Positions 1 through 8,842 of a stretch of DNA of 64,000 nt are shown here, piece after piece; positions within the stretch are counted from its first letter, which is position 1, and every line of letters starts with the position of its first letter. The DNA is from an uncultured Thermoprotei archaeon (GTDB taxonomy: Archaea; Thermoproteota; Thermoprotei; QMSL01; B3-G16), in NCBI GenBank assembly GCA_964517845.1, contig CAZFCQ010000003.1:35978-99977 (forward strand), in the 5' to 3' direction. A program made the translations under genes and the position numbers. The notes under the pieces were generated by a model. That model worked only from the letters and a program-made list of their open reading frames with translations, made no database searches and was not told the DNA's origin.

Positions 1-2
1 TT

Positions 3-110
3 AAACCTGAAAGTGCTAAAGCTACCTATAAGAATGGCGTACTAGAAGTCGTCTTAGAAAAAGTTGAAAAAGAACCTAAAGAAAAAGGTTTTCGCGTTAA
101 GATCGAATAG
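3..110 (+). CDS. Small heat-shock protein (Hsp20/alpha-crystallin family), C-terminal fragment; the 5' part lies outside the window
   Basis: The in-frame translation ...KPESAKATYKNGVLEVVLEKVEKEPKEKGFRVKIE* matches the conserved Hsp20 C-terminal strand ('Y.NGVL.V.L.K'). The stop is at 108..110. Confidence 0.5.
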   Translation, partial: KPESAKATYKNGVLEVVLEKVEKEPKEKGFRVKIE

Positions 111-127
111 TAGATGTAAGAGTAAGG

Positions 128-141
128 TTTAAATTTATAAA
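128..141 (+). promoter_or_regulatory. Putative archaeal TATA box (TTTAAATTTATAAA) upstream of the Alba gene
   Basis: An AT-rich TTTAAA-type element lies about 53 nt upstream of the ATG at 194. No TSS data are available. Confidence 0.3.
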
Positions 142-193
142 TCGGCAAGATCTAAAGCAATAGAGAACACAAGGTGCAGAGGGGTATAATAGG

Positions 194-478
194 ATGTCAG
201 CTCCTAAGGAGGGCGTAGTTCTTGTTGGAGCGAAGCCCACTATGAACTACGTATTAGCTACAGTAATACAGTTTAACCAAGGTGCAGAAAGAGTAATAAT
301 CAAAGCTCGAGGAAGAGCTATTTCTAAGGCTGTAGATACTGCTGAAATAACGCGTTTAAGATTTCTAGCTGGACAAGTAGAAGTACAAGAAGTACGTATT
401 GGAACAGAGAAAGTAGGAGAACCTGGCAAAGAACGAAGTGTCTCAACAATAGAAATAGTGCTTGTCAGAAAAACTTAA
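194..478 (+). CDS. albA: DNA/RNA-binding chromatin protein Alba (Sso10b family)
   Basis: The 94-aa product [52 protein letters not shown]... has the typical Alba length and motifs. Confidence 0.9.
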   Translation: MSAPKEGVVLVGAKPTMNYVLATVIQFNQGAERVIIKARGRAISKAVDTAEITRLRFLAGQVEVQEVRIGTEKVGEPGKERSVSTIEIVLVRKT

Positions 479-534
479 AATAGTAAAATACCTTCTTGCT
501 CTGCAAGCATTTTTTCCCTTCTATTCTTTAAATC

Positions 535-843
535 CTACCCCCACATCTTCATCATTAGTACCCAAGTAAACCCTATAAGTCCAAATTCTAGAAGTAGCAC
601 TATTATTGTAATAATAGGATCTACCTCCCTCTTAGCGAAAGTTGTCTCGTAGAAAATCCACTCTAGAAATCCAACGAATACTCCGGCAAGGTAGATCGTT
701 ATAGCTTTAACCAAATTCTTCTGCTTAGGGACTTCCCAATCTTTACCAGTAGCTATAATTATAGGGATTATAACATAACCTAACGCTACTATGCCTACCC
801 ATAATAAATCCATAGGATTAAGAAATCCTTCGAGTCCTATCAT
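535..843 (-). CDS. Small integral membrane protein (hypothetical). The start is trimmed to the internal Met (MIGLEGF...) to avoid overlapping the upstream gene
   Basis: Hydrophobic TM helices are present. An alternative start at 912 would overlap the 846..1217 ORF. Confidence 0.35.
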   Translation of the reverse strand: MIGLEGFLNPMDLLWVGIVALGYVIIPIIIATGKDWEVPKQKNLVKAITIYLAGVFVGFLEWIFYETTFAKREVDPIITIIVLLLEFGLIGFTWVLMMKMWG

Positions 844-845
844 TT

Positions 846-1217
846 TCACTCCTCCTCTAGCCTTATAAACTCGGGTCTCTTCTCTAATCTTATTATCGGT
901 GCATGGAACCATCCCACTCTTGTACCTTTGGATATTTCAACTCTTTCTCCTCTCTCATCTACCTTTACGAGTATGTAATTACCATCTAACTCCCTATCGC
1001 CTATATAATAGTAGAAGAGTGGCACTCCGTAAAGATTGTAATAGTCTTTAAATATCATAAGAATTCCGTACACATTTCTATCTTTTTCTTTAAAGTGAAG
1101 CACATATGCTGGCTGTCCTAATGAGCAGAGATAAGCAGCTATCCTACCTAAATCCTTAAACTCCTTCACTTTAACAGTTCTTACAGGCTGTAACTCTATT
1201 CTCCTCATACAAGCCAC
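846..1217 (-). CDS. Hypothetical protein (123 aa)
   Basis: The ORF has protein-like composition and lies immediately upstream of, and co-directional with, the membrane ORF. I do not recognise a family. Confidence 0.35.
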   Translation of the reverse strand: MACMRRIELQPVRTVKVKEFKDLGRIAAYLCSLGQPAYVLHFKEKDRNVYGILMIFKDYYNLYGVPLFYYYIGDRELDGNYILVKVDERGERVEISKGTRVGWFHAPIIRLEKRPEFIRLEEE

Positions 1218-1294
1218 CTTAAATTCGATCTCTTATTCTCATATAGATCACTCTTTAATTAGCATTATCTGAAATGATTTAGGGGTAAGAAGAC

Positions 1295-1846
1295 ATGAAG
1301 GTACTAATTATAGGAGATTTTCATATACCTACACGTGCCAAGATGCTTCATCCAGTTATTCGATATGAGATAGAGTCTCATACCTATGAGATGGTCTTTT
1401 GTACAGGCGATCTTACATCGCCCCAAGTACTAAAGTGGCTTAAAGGCCTTGCGCCTCAAGTTAAAGTAGTTAGAGGAAATATGGATTATCTAGCCTTACC
1501 TAAGCGAGAGTTAGTAAAGATATTTGATAAAAGAATTATAATTACTCATGGTAATGAAATTCGCCCACGAGGAAATAAAGCTAAACTTAAGGAGTTAGCA
1601 ATTAGATTAAATGCGAATATGCTAATTCATGGACATACGCATGAACTTTCAATAGACTTTTACAAAAATGAAGGCTTACTATTACTTAATCCTGGGTCCG
1701 CTACCGGTGTATGGAGTGGGGGAGGCGGATCTCTTATACCTTCTTTCATTATACTGGAGTTCCTAAGTACAAACGAAGTAGTTGTAAATTCTTACGAGTT
1801 GAAGAGTGGTAGACTTCTTAGAACTTCGTCAATTTTTCGATACTAG
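1295..1846 (+). CDS. Metallophosphoesterase (YfcE/MJ0936-like phosphodiesterase)
   Basis: MKVLIIGDFHIP...GNMDY...ITHGN...HGHTH carries the metallophosphoesterase motifs (D-X-H, GD, GNHD/E, GH-X-H). Confidence 0.8.
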   Translation: MKVLIIGDFHIPTRAKMLHPVIRYEIESHTYEMVFCTGDLTSPQVLKWLKGLAPQVKVVRGNMDYLALPKRELVKIFDKRIIITHGNEIRPRGNKAKLKELAIRLNANMLIHGHTHELSIDFYKNEGLLLLNPGSATGVWSGGGGSLIPSFIILEFLSTNEVVVNSYELKSGRLLRTSSIFRY

Positions 1847-1883
1847 GGAACATTTATCTATGACAGAGATACTCTTATAGTGA

Positions 1884-2243
1884 GTGGTGAGTCTCTATAT
1901 GAGTACTATCTCTTTTAAGGCAACATTAGTTGGTAAAAACTTAGTATCTGATCCTTTTGGTGGTAAGAATGTTAAACTTGAGCTTGTTGAAGAGCGAGAA
2001 ATGCCTATGCCTATACTTATTGAGGGACAGGGTTCTAGACAAGAGCTAGCAAGAGAGCTAGCCCCAATAGTTCGGCAAGTCGTGAGATCATTACCTTTTG
2101 CTAGATCAGGAAAAGTTAGTATTCCTCGTCTTACACTATGGCTTACGGAAGATGAATGGGAAAGATTAGAGCCAAAACCCGATATAGGAGATGAAGTTCT
2201 AGTAGTAGTAAAAGGTAGGAATATAGAAATACAAAAAATTTAG
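1884..2243 (+). CDS. Hypothetical protein (119 aa)
   Basis: The ORF has coding-like composition. No family is recognised, and the start may be the internal Met at 1899. Confidence 0.3.
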   Translation: MVSLYMSTISFKATLVGKNLVSDPFGGKNVKLELVEEREMPMPILIEGQGSRQELARELAPIVRQVVRSLPFARSGKVSIPRLTLWLTEDEWERLEPKPDIGDEVLVVVKGRNIEIQKI

Positions 2244-2245
2244 GT

Positions 2246-2545
2246 TTAATATTTCTTGATTCGTGTTTTCTTTAAGAGCTCTCTTAAAGAAATATCTTGA
2301 TATCGACCATTAGGCAATTTTCTACGTACTATTATAGGAAGTACTCCCATCTCTAGTTCATAAAGTGCTATGTCTATTGGATCTTTTACATTTGGAGGGA
2401 GATCAATTAGTATGGGAGCTCCAAGTGATATTTGTAATGCTCTAGCCCCTACTATTCTTGCTAATTCATATCTTGTTAATTTTGGAGGTCCTATTATTCT
2501 TCTCTTATTATGTGAACTCTCCAGGCTTATAGCTCTCCTCCTCAA
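2246..2545 (-). CDS. rpoK: DNA-directed RNA polymerase subunit K (Rpb6/omega homolog)
   Basis: The signature [22 protein letters not shown]...[14 protein letters not shown] is characteristic of RpoK. The start region overlaps the thermosome 3' end, so the true start is uncertain. Confidence 0.75.
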   Translation of the reverse strand: MRRRAISLESSHNKRRIIGPPKLTRYELARIVGARALQISLGAPILIDLPPNVKDPIDIALYELEMGVLPIIVRRKLPNGRYQDISLRELLKKTRIKKY

Positions 2546-4166
2546 ATTCTTTCTCCTTCCCTTTTCCTTCCTTCTCCTTCGGTGGTGCTGCTGCTATTAT
2601 ATCGTCGATCCTTAATATCATTATCGCTGCTTCAGTAGCGGACTTAATAGTCTGTTTCTTTACATTAGCTGGTTCTAAGACACTTAGGAGTGTCGTATCT
2701 TCAACTATCTTGCCACCTATTACGTCAACGCCTGCCCAAACTTTGCCCTTTTCATGTAGACTTCTCAACTCTACTATAGCATCTACGGGTTCAAGACCAG
2801 CACTTTGAGCAAGTATTATCGGTATTATTTCGAGCGCCTCAGCGAACTTCTGCATAGCTAATTGCACTTTACCTCTAAACTTCATCGCGTATTCTCTTAC
2901 CTTTCTAGCAACTTCCATCTCTGGAGCTCCTCCACCACCTAAAATCTTACCTTCTTGTATTACATTCCTTACTACACATAAGGCATCGTGGAGAGCTCTT
3001 TCTGCTTCATCTACTACGTGTTCTGCACCACCTCTGATTAGTATGCTTACTGCTCTTGGGTTCTTACAGCCTTCAACAAACACCATGCGTTCTTCAGCTA
3101 TTTTTCTTTCCTCAACTAGCTTAGCATAGCCTAAATCCTTCTCAGTAAGATCATCAACATTAGTAACTATCCTTGCTCCTGTTGCTCTTGCTAACTTCTC
3201 CATATCACTCTTCTTAACCCTCCTAACAGCTAAAATACCATGCTTAGCGAGATAATGTTGAGCCGCGTCGTCTATTCCTTTCTGGCAGAAGACAACATTA
3301 GCACCAACCTTCTTAATCTTCTCAACCATATCCCTAAGCATACGTTCTTGCTCTTCTAAGAAAGCACGCATTTGTTCAGGACTTCTTATTCTAATTTCTG
3401 CATCATATTCAGGCTTCTCAACTTCTAGTGGTGTGTTAAGTAATGCTATTTTTGCATCCTCAATCCTCTTAGGCATACCAGGATGAACAACTTCCTTGTC
3501 AAGCACGATTCCTTTAATTAACTGTGTTTCACTAAGTGATTCGCCCTTCTTCTTTTCAATCTTAACATTATCTATATCTACTACCCATTTATCTCCACGC
3601 TTCTCAGCTACGTTTAAAGCGGCTTCTACTGCTAGCTCTGCTAGGAAGTCCTTATATTCAGCTACAGCCTTACTACCTAGAGATGTCATTGCCACTTTCT
3701 TCAGTACATCTTTATTCAGAGGATCTACTTTTATTGCGATCTCATCTATTATGCCAAGAGAATATTCCATAGCTTTCTCAAAGCCTTCTATAACTATTGA
3801 AGGATGAATCTCTTGGTCAAGAAGTTCTGCAGCATGCTTTAGTAGTTCGCCTGCAAGTATTACTACTGTTGTTGTACCATCGCCTACCTCATCATCCTGA
3901 GCCTTAGCGACTTCAACCATCATTTTAGCTGCTGGATGCTGAACTTCCATCTCTTTAAGTATTGTTGCTCCATCACCTGTTATGGTAACATCACCAAAAC
4001 TATCGACTAGCATTTTGTCCATTCCTCTAGGTCCTAAGGAGGTCATTACTGCTTCTGCTAATGCTCTAGCTGCTAGTATATTTGCTCTACGTGCATCTCT
4101 TCCAGTAGTTCTCTGTGTTCCCTCTTTGAGTATTAAAACTGGTATTCCTACAGTCTTCTCAGACAT
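2508..4166 (-). CDS. thsA: Thermosome subunit (group II chaperonin, CCT/TCP-1 family)
   Basis: The 552-aa product has the GDGTTT ATP-binding motif, the N-terminal ...[31 protein letters not shown] and a charged C-terminal tail. Confidence 0.95.
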   Translation of the reverse strand: MSEKTVGIPVLILKEGTQRTTGRDARRANILAARALAEAVMTSLGPRGMDKMLVDSFGDVTITGDGATILKEMEVQHPAAKMMVEVAKAQDDEVGDGTTTVVILAGELLKHAAELLDQEIHPSIVIEGFEKAMEYSLGIIDEIAIKVDPLNKDVLKKVAMTSLGSKAVAEYKDFLAELAVEAALNVAEKRGDKWVVDIDNVKIEKKKGESLSETQLIKGIVLDKEVVHPGMPKRIEDAKIALLNTPLEVEKPEYDAEIRIRSPEQMRAFLEEQERMLRDMVEKIKKVGANVVFCQKGIDDAAQHYLAKHGILAVRRVKKSDMEKLARATGARIVTNVDDLTEKDLGYAKLVEERKIAEERMVFVEGCKNPRAVSILIRGGAEHVVDEAERALHDALCVVRNVIQEGKILGGGGAPEMEVARKVREYAMKFRGKVQLAMQKFAEALEIIPIILAQSAGLEPVDAIVELRSLHEKGKVWAGVDVIGGKIVEDTTLLSVLEPANVKKQTIKSATEAAIMILRIDDIIAAAPPKEKEGKGKEKEFEEESYKPGEFT

Positions 4167-4218
4167 TGATAACCCCCCAATAAGGTGTGATACTGCGTGC
4201 TCATGTTACTTGCACTTC

Positions 4219-4232
4219 TATATAAATATTTT
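4219..4232 (-). promoter_or_regulatory. Putative TATA box / BRE for the thermosome gene (minus-strand reading GAAAATATTTATATAG)
   Basis: A strong TTTATATA element lies about 50 nt upstream of the thermosome ATG (4166) inside an AT-rich intergenic region. Confidence 0.45.
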
Positions 4233-4524
4233 CATATGATCTACTATGTTCTTCTTCTGGCCTCTAATATGAAAATCAGGAACGATATTACTGTCCCTAA
4301 ATGGAATACTAATAGCTCAAAATCTAATGCGAATAAAGGTCTACTAAAGAGTATCCTATTCATTAGTAGGAAACAACTTATAGTGAGTAATAATAAAAAT
4401 GATATTAATGCAGAGAGGAGATCTTCCCTCATTACGAGAATTATGGATATAAGAGATAGCAATTAAATCTTTCCTTTACTATTAGGTAAACCCAGTACAG
4501 TCAAGCCTATAGGAGTCTGAGAAA

Positions 4525-4980
4525 ATGAATGATGATAAAAAAATGTCTGAGATAGCGTATATAGTCATTTTTGGAGTGCTCGCTATATTTGTTCCAAGAG
4601 CTTTGCTACCCTTCCTTCTTAATACAGAAGTCCCACTAGCAGTAATAGAAAGTGGCAGTATGGAACCAACTATTCACGTAGGGGACTTAGTTATAATAAA
4701 GGGGACTTCGCCTAGGGAAATAAAAACAGGAGATATAATAGTATTCAGAGCTCGTTTTCTAGATGGAAGCCTAACAGTACATCGTGTAATTCAGGTAGTT
4801 AAAATCGGTAATAAGATATTTTATAGAACCAAAGGTGATGCTAATATCTTTCCTGATCCTGCAATCTATAATGGTATAGGAAGTGTTTCTGAAAGCGATA
4901 TTGTTGGTATTGTTGTTGCTAGGATCCCGCTAGTTGGCTATATTACGCTAGTATTTACCAAACTTTTACCACATATATGA
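4525..4980 (+). CDS. Signal peptidase I, archaeal/ER type (S26B)
   Basis: An N-terminal TM helix is followed by the catalytic Ser motif ESGSMEPT, and the size is 151 aa. Confidence 0.8.
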   Translation: MNDDKKMSEIAYIVIFGVLAIFVPRALLPFLLNTEVPLAVIESGSMEPTIHVGDLVIIKGTSPREIKTGDIIVFRARFLDGSLTVHRVIQVVKIGNKIFYRTKGDANIFPDPAIYNGIGSVSESDIVGIVVARIPLVGYITLVFTKLLPHI

Positions 4981-5015
4981 TACTCCTATAACTTTACCTT
5001 GAAGGACAAATACCC

Positions 5016-5023
5016 TTTAAATA
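5016..5023 (+). promoter_or_regulatory. TATA box (TTTAAATA) of the TBP gene
   Basis: A consensus archaeal TATA lies 37 nt upstream of the ATG at 5060. An SD-like AGGTGA sits at 5047..5052. Confidence 0.45.
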
Positions 5024-5059
5024 TACCTTTATACATTTTCAATCTTAAGGTGATCATTT

Positions 5060-5651
5060 ATGCGTACGCGTAAGAAGCCGTCATATAAGATTGAAAATGT
5101 AGTAGCATCTGTAAATTTGCATCAGAAGATCGATCTAAATGCTATAGCTGAAAACGTTCCTAATGCTGAATATAACCCAGAACAGCTAGGCCAATAAGGC
5201 CTAGCTCTGAGAGTTCCCAGGTTTAGTATTCAGACTATCGAAACCTAAAACAGCTACTTTGATATTTAGCTCTGGGAAGATGGTTTGTACAGGAGCAAAG
5301 TCTGAAAAGCAAGTATATAAGACTGTTAAGTCGATAATCCGTACTTTGAAAAAGTATGGTATAGTTATCGAGAAAGAGCCTGAGATAACAATTCAAAATG
5401 TTGTAGCTTCAGGTAATCTTCACGCTGAAGTAAATCTGGAAAAAGTAGCTTATCTCCTTGAAAATAGCATGTACGAACCAGAACAATTCCCTGGTCTCAT
5501 ATATCGTATGGATGACCCTAGAGTAGTTCTTCTGATCTTTAGTAGCGGTAAATTAGTATGTACTGGTGCTAAGCGGGAAGAAGAAGTTAAAAGAGCCGTA
5601 GGTAAGATGTATGAGAAGCTAAGGAACCTGGGTGTCCTATATGAAGAATAA
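5060..5651 (+). CDS. tbp: TATA-box binding protein (TBP), interrupted after codon 42 by a 28-nt stop-containing hairpin insert. Exon 1 is 5060..5185 and the remainder is 5214..5651. The joined product is 187 aa
   Basis: Exon 1 translates as [42 protein letters not shown]. After the insert the sequence continues [31 protein letters not shown]...(second repeat)...[36 protein letters not shown], giving both TBP direct repeats. Removing exactly 28 nt restores the frame and the canonical EQ|FPGL junction. Confidence 0.8.
5186..5213 (+). other. 28-nt insert inside the TBP gene. The stem is AGCTAGGCC / GGCCTAGCT (5184..5192 / 5198..5206), the loop is AATAA (5193..5197), with in-frame TAA at 5195..5197, and the 3' tail is CTCTGAGAG
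   Basis: This is a perfect 9-bp inverted repeat read directly from the sequence. The length (28) is not a multiple of 3. The boundaries can slide by 1-2 nt because of AG microhomology. Confidence 0.7.
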
Positions 5652-6162
5652 GGTGCCTACAGAGCGAAAAGCTGAATTAAATACTCCTCTAGGCAAAATT
5701 GTAATACGTAAATTCATACCTTCAGACTTGGAAGCTGTTATTAAAATTAATAGAAGCTGTCTACCTGAGAATTATCCTCCATACTTTTTTATGCAACATT
5801 ATAGAGAGTTTCCTGAAGCATTCCTTGTAGCAGAACTCAATGGTGAAGTAGTGGGATACGTCATGTGCCGAGTCGAATATGGAATCTCTAATCTGAAACC
5901 ATCTCTCTCCAAAAAAGGGCATATAATTAGCATTGCTGTAGTACCTGAGGTACGTAGAAAAAAAGTGGGAGAAACTTTAATGAAACTAGCTATGCAAGCT
6001 CTAAGAGACATTTATAATGTAAGTGAATACTACCTAGAGGTTAGAGTCTCGAATACTCCTGCAATAAATCTTTACCATAAACTCGGCTACAAGGAGATAA
6101 AGCGAATAATAGGCTATTATCTAGATGGAGAGGATGCTTGGCTTATGGCTAGGCCTGCTTAG
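5632..6162 (+). CDS. N-terminal acetyltransferase (GNAT family, Ard1/RimI-like)
   Basis: The product carries a GNAT fold with acetyl-CoA motifs (...[19 protein letters not shown]...). The start probably lies at Met 5641 and overlaps the TBP stop. Confidence 0.75.
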   Translation: MSYMKNKVPTERKAELNTPLGKIVIRKFIPSDLEAVIKINRSCLPENYPPYFFMQHYREFPEAFLVAELNGEVVGYVMCRVEYGISNLKPSLSKKGHIISIAVVPEVRRKKVGETLMKLAMQALRDIYNVSEYYLEVRVSNTPAINLYHKLGYKEIKRIIGYYLDGEDAWLMARPA

Positions 6163-6603
6163 CTATTCTACCATAACCTCTACCTCTCTTACAATTTGTG
6201 CTTTAGGCATGTAAACTTCTAATATACCATTTTTAAGTACTGCTCTCACTTCGTGAGGTTTTATCTTAATTGGTAATTTAACTTTCTTTACTATGTCACC
6301 TTGCCAAAATCTTTCTCTTATCAAGTATTTACCATCCTTTAGTATCTTTTCATTATTACCTAAAGCCTTTATTTCAAGTAATTCTTCCGTTACCTTTATT
6401 TTTATCTGATCTTTATCAAAGCCAGGAAGATCCATTATCACAACGATCTCTTCACCTAAATCTATTATGTCAATAGGAGGATCATATGGCATCTCATAAC
6501 TTACTTTCTCTACAGGTAATGAACTCATAATACTTCTGAACATCATTTCAATTTCTCTTCTTAATTTAAGGATCGCCTTGTAGGCATCATCATAATTTTC
6601 CAT
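6163..6603 (-). CDS. Small heat-shock protein Hsp20
   Basis: An alpha-crystallin domain is present (...DLPGFDKDQIKIKV...KNGILEV...). Confidence 0.8.
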   Translation of the reverse strand: MENYDDAYKAILKLRREIEMMFRSIMSSLPVEKVSYEMPYDPPIDIIDLGEEIVVIMDLPGFDKDQIKIKVTEELLEIKALGNNEKILKDGKYLIRERFWQGDIVKKVKLPIKIKPHEVRAVLKNGILEVYMPKAQIVREVEVMVE

Positions 6604-6761
6604 AGATTATCATTCCTCATTTTAATTTGGTTTAAATATAAGAAGTTAATGAGTATTTCTCCCTTTCAAGGTTGCTATATAACGTTTATTCATATCAGTT
6701 GGCTGACTAAAACTTATTTTACCTAGCTCTCTTATGTTAAAGGACGAGGTGATAGTATCTG

Positions 6762-7334
6762 ATGATAGAAATTCGATGGCATGGTCGAGGAGGACAAGGA
6801 GTAGTCACTGTTAGCCGCCTCCTTGCTATGGCTGCCCTCTATGAAGGTAAGTATGTTCAAGCAATTCCTCAATTTGGCCCCGAAACGCCCTGAAAAAGGG
6901 CGCGGGAGAGAAGTGGTGCGCCAGTTACAGGGTTTACTAGAATCAGCACTGAACCTATAGAAGTACATACTGGTGTCTACAACCCTGACATAGTTGTTGT
7001 AATAGACCCCTTTGTAATTAAGACAGTAAAAGTAACTGAAGGCCTTAAGGAGACAGGCATCTTAATAGCAAATTCCTCTAAAACTCCCTCTGAAGTAAAA
7101 AGTGAGCTAAACATAGCTAATCCAGTTTACGTAGTGGATGCAACTAAAATAGCCCTAGACATATTCAATAGACCGTTCTTCAATACTCCTATGCTTGGCG
7201 CCCTTGTAAAGGTTACAAACGTAGTTTCCTTAAATTCTGTAGAAAAAGCTATCAAAGAAAGATTTAGAGCTGAAATTGCTGAGAAAAATATACAAGCTGT
7301 AAGACGAGCTTATGAAGAGGTGAAGAGTGAATGA
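6762..7334 (+). CDS. porG: Pyruvate/2-oxoacid:ferredoxin oxidoreductase gamma subunit, with an in-frame TGA (6891..6893) inside a 24-nt hairpin insert
   Basis: The N-terminus [41 protein letters not shown] is followed by [TP*KRARE], then [34 protein letters not shown]...[15 protein letters not shown]. Without the 8 extra codons the protein aligns colinearly with PorG (canonical FG.ERRGAPV). An SD-like GAGGTGA lies upstream. Confidence 0.8.
6885..6908 (+). other. 24-nt insert inside porG. The stem is CGCCC / GGGCG (6886..6890 / 6898..6902), the loop is TGAAAAA and begins with the in-frame TGA, and the 3' tail is CGGGAG
   Basis: This is a perfect 5-bp GC stem read from the sequence. The boundaries can slide over 4 positions (GAA/GAG microhomology). 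A flanking CCCG/CGGG pairing is also possible. Confidence 0.65.
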
Positions 7335-7627
7335 GTAAAAAGCCTGGTTGGAGAGAGATCCCTATCGGTGGCTTAATACTCGAGCCAGGATCAACAGTTA
7401 AAGTACGTACCGGTGACTGGAGAACTTTCCGTCCGATAATAGATCATGACAAATGTATAAAATGCCTCATGTGCTGGATATACTGTCCTGACGCTTCAAT
7501 CATCATAGTAGGTTCAGGAGATACCGTTGAGCGTGTTGAGATAGACTACGAACATTGTAAGGGTTGTGGTATTTGTGAAAGAGTATGTCCAAGAAAGGCA
7601 ATTAGTATGGTACCTGAAGGTGGGTGA
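7331..7627 (+). CDS. porD: Pyruvate:ferredoxin oxidoreductase delta subunit (2x[4Fe-4S] ferredoxin)
   Basis: Two CxxCxxCxxxCP motifs are present (CIKCLMCWIYCP, CKGCGICERVCP). Confidence 0.9.
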   Translation: MSKKPGWREIPIGGLILEPGSTVKVRTGDWRTFRPIIDHDKCIKCLMCWIYCPDASIIIVGSGDTVERVEIDYEHCKGCGICERVCPRKAISMVPEGG

Positions 7628-7633
7628 ATTATT

Positions 7634-8842
7634 ATGGTAGTTAGTAGTGAGAAGATTAAGAAAGTTCGTATATTAGGACTTACAGGAGATGAAGCAGTAG
7701 CTCAGGCAGTAAAACAGTGCGATGTTGATCTCATATCTGCATATCCAATAACTCCACAAACCATTATTGTTGAACGTTTAAGTGAATTTGTGGCTAATGG
7801 TGAGGTGGACGCAGAGTTCATCGCTGTAGAATCCGAACATAGTGCTTTATCAGTTGTAACAGCTGCTGCTCTAACAGGAGCGAGAGTATTTACTGCAACA
7901 AGTAGTCAAGGCTTAGCACTTATGTTTGAAATATTATATATAACTTCTGCATTACGTGCACCAGTAGTAATGGCTATCGTTAACCGTGCACTTTCCGCTC
8001 CAATAAATATTCACTGTGATCATTCAGATACCATGGGTGCCAGAGATTCTGGATGGATACAATTTTATGCCGAAAATGTACAAGAAGCGTATGATTTAGT
8101 GTTTCAAGCTTATAAGGTAGCTGAAAATAAGAGCGTCCTACTTCCTACGATGGTGTGTTTAGATGGCTTTACCCTCTCTCACACTTTAGAACGAGTAGAA
8201 CTAATAGATGATACTGACGCCTTAAAATATCTGCCCTCTAAGCCTACATATCCATTCCCGATAAATCCTGAAAAGCCAATAACGTACGGTCCACTAGCAC
8301 TTCCTGACTTCTACTTCGAATTTAAAGTACAGCAAGCAGAGGCTATGAAACAAGCCCTTAAAGTAATACCAGAGGCTATGGAAGAATTTGGAAGAATAAG
8401 CGGAAGAAAGTATGGCTTCTTTGAGGCCTACGGCTTAGAAGATGCTGATGTTGCTGTGATCTCTTTAGGTAGCACTTCAGGCACTATGCGTTATGTCGCT
8501 AAGGAGTTACGTAAAGAAGGATACAAAGTAGGTACTGTTAAACTCACTGTATACCGGCCCTTCCCTCAGGATGAATTAGCTAAAGCATTAGAGAATATTA
8601 AAGTTATAGTTGCTATGGATAGAACTCTAAGCTTTGGTGCTGTAGGAGGCCCATTGTTTGAGGATCTGCGTTCCCTATTCTATGATAGTGAACAGCGACC
8701 ATTAATAGCAGACGTAGTCTATGGTCTTGGTGGTAGAGATTTAACCCCAGATGATGCTCGTGCTATATTTAAGTATGGACTTGAGATATCTAAAACTGGT
8801 CATGTTCCTGAAAAGGTTAAATTCGTAGGGGTGAGAGAATGA
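7634..8842 (+). CDS. porA: Pyruvate/2-oxoacid:ferredoxin oxidoreductase alpha subunit
   Basis: The 402-aa product has the POR domain I/II. It sits in the operon position after delta and overlaps the beta gene by 4 nt. Confidence 0.9.
   Translation: MVVSSEKIKKVRILGLTGDEAVAQAVKQCDVDLISAYPITPQTIIVERLSEFVANGEVDAEFIAVESEHSALSVVTAAALTGARVFTATSSQGLALMFEILYITSALRAPVVMAIVNRALSAPINIHCDHSDTMGARDSGWIQFYAENVQEAYDLVFQAYKVAENKSVLLPTMVCLDGFTLSHTLERVELIDDTDALKYLPSKPTYPFPINPEKPITYGPLALPDFYFEFKVQQAEAMKQALKVIPEAMEEFGRISGRKYGFFEAYGLEDADVAVISLGSTSGTMRYVAKELRKEGYKVGTVKLTVYRPFPQDELAKALENIKVIVAMDRTLSFGAVGGPLFEDLRSLFYDSEQRPLIADVVYGLGGRDLTPDDARAIFKYGLEISKTGHVPEKVKFVGVRE

Noticed and set aside
3496-4466. Several 70-100 aa ORFs inside or antisense to the thermosome gene and in its AT-rich promoter region (3496..3807, 3982..4239, 4197..4466, 4244..4462)
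   Set aside because: Their composition is low-complexity Ser/Leu/Ile-rich. They are antisense to a highly conserved gene or lie in a promoter region, so they are typical spurious ORFs.
5186-5213. A canonical bulge-helix-bulge (3-nt bulge / 4-bp helix / 3-nt bulge) fold for the TBP and porG inserts
   Set aside because: I tried to assign H1/bulge/h/H2 strands. The required 4-nt complementary segments (e.g. CUCU/AGAG or UCUC/GAGA) are not present upstream of the hairpins. Only relaxed structures (helix + one-sided bulge) can be drawn, so I do not claim a BHB intron.
6891-6893. The in-frame TGA in porG as selenocysteine or another recoded amino acid
   Set aside because: There is no Sec machinery or SECIS context expected in Crenarchaeota. 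The surrounding 8 codons are absent from homologs, so the whole insert is foreign, not just the codon.
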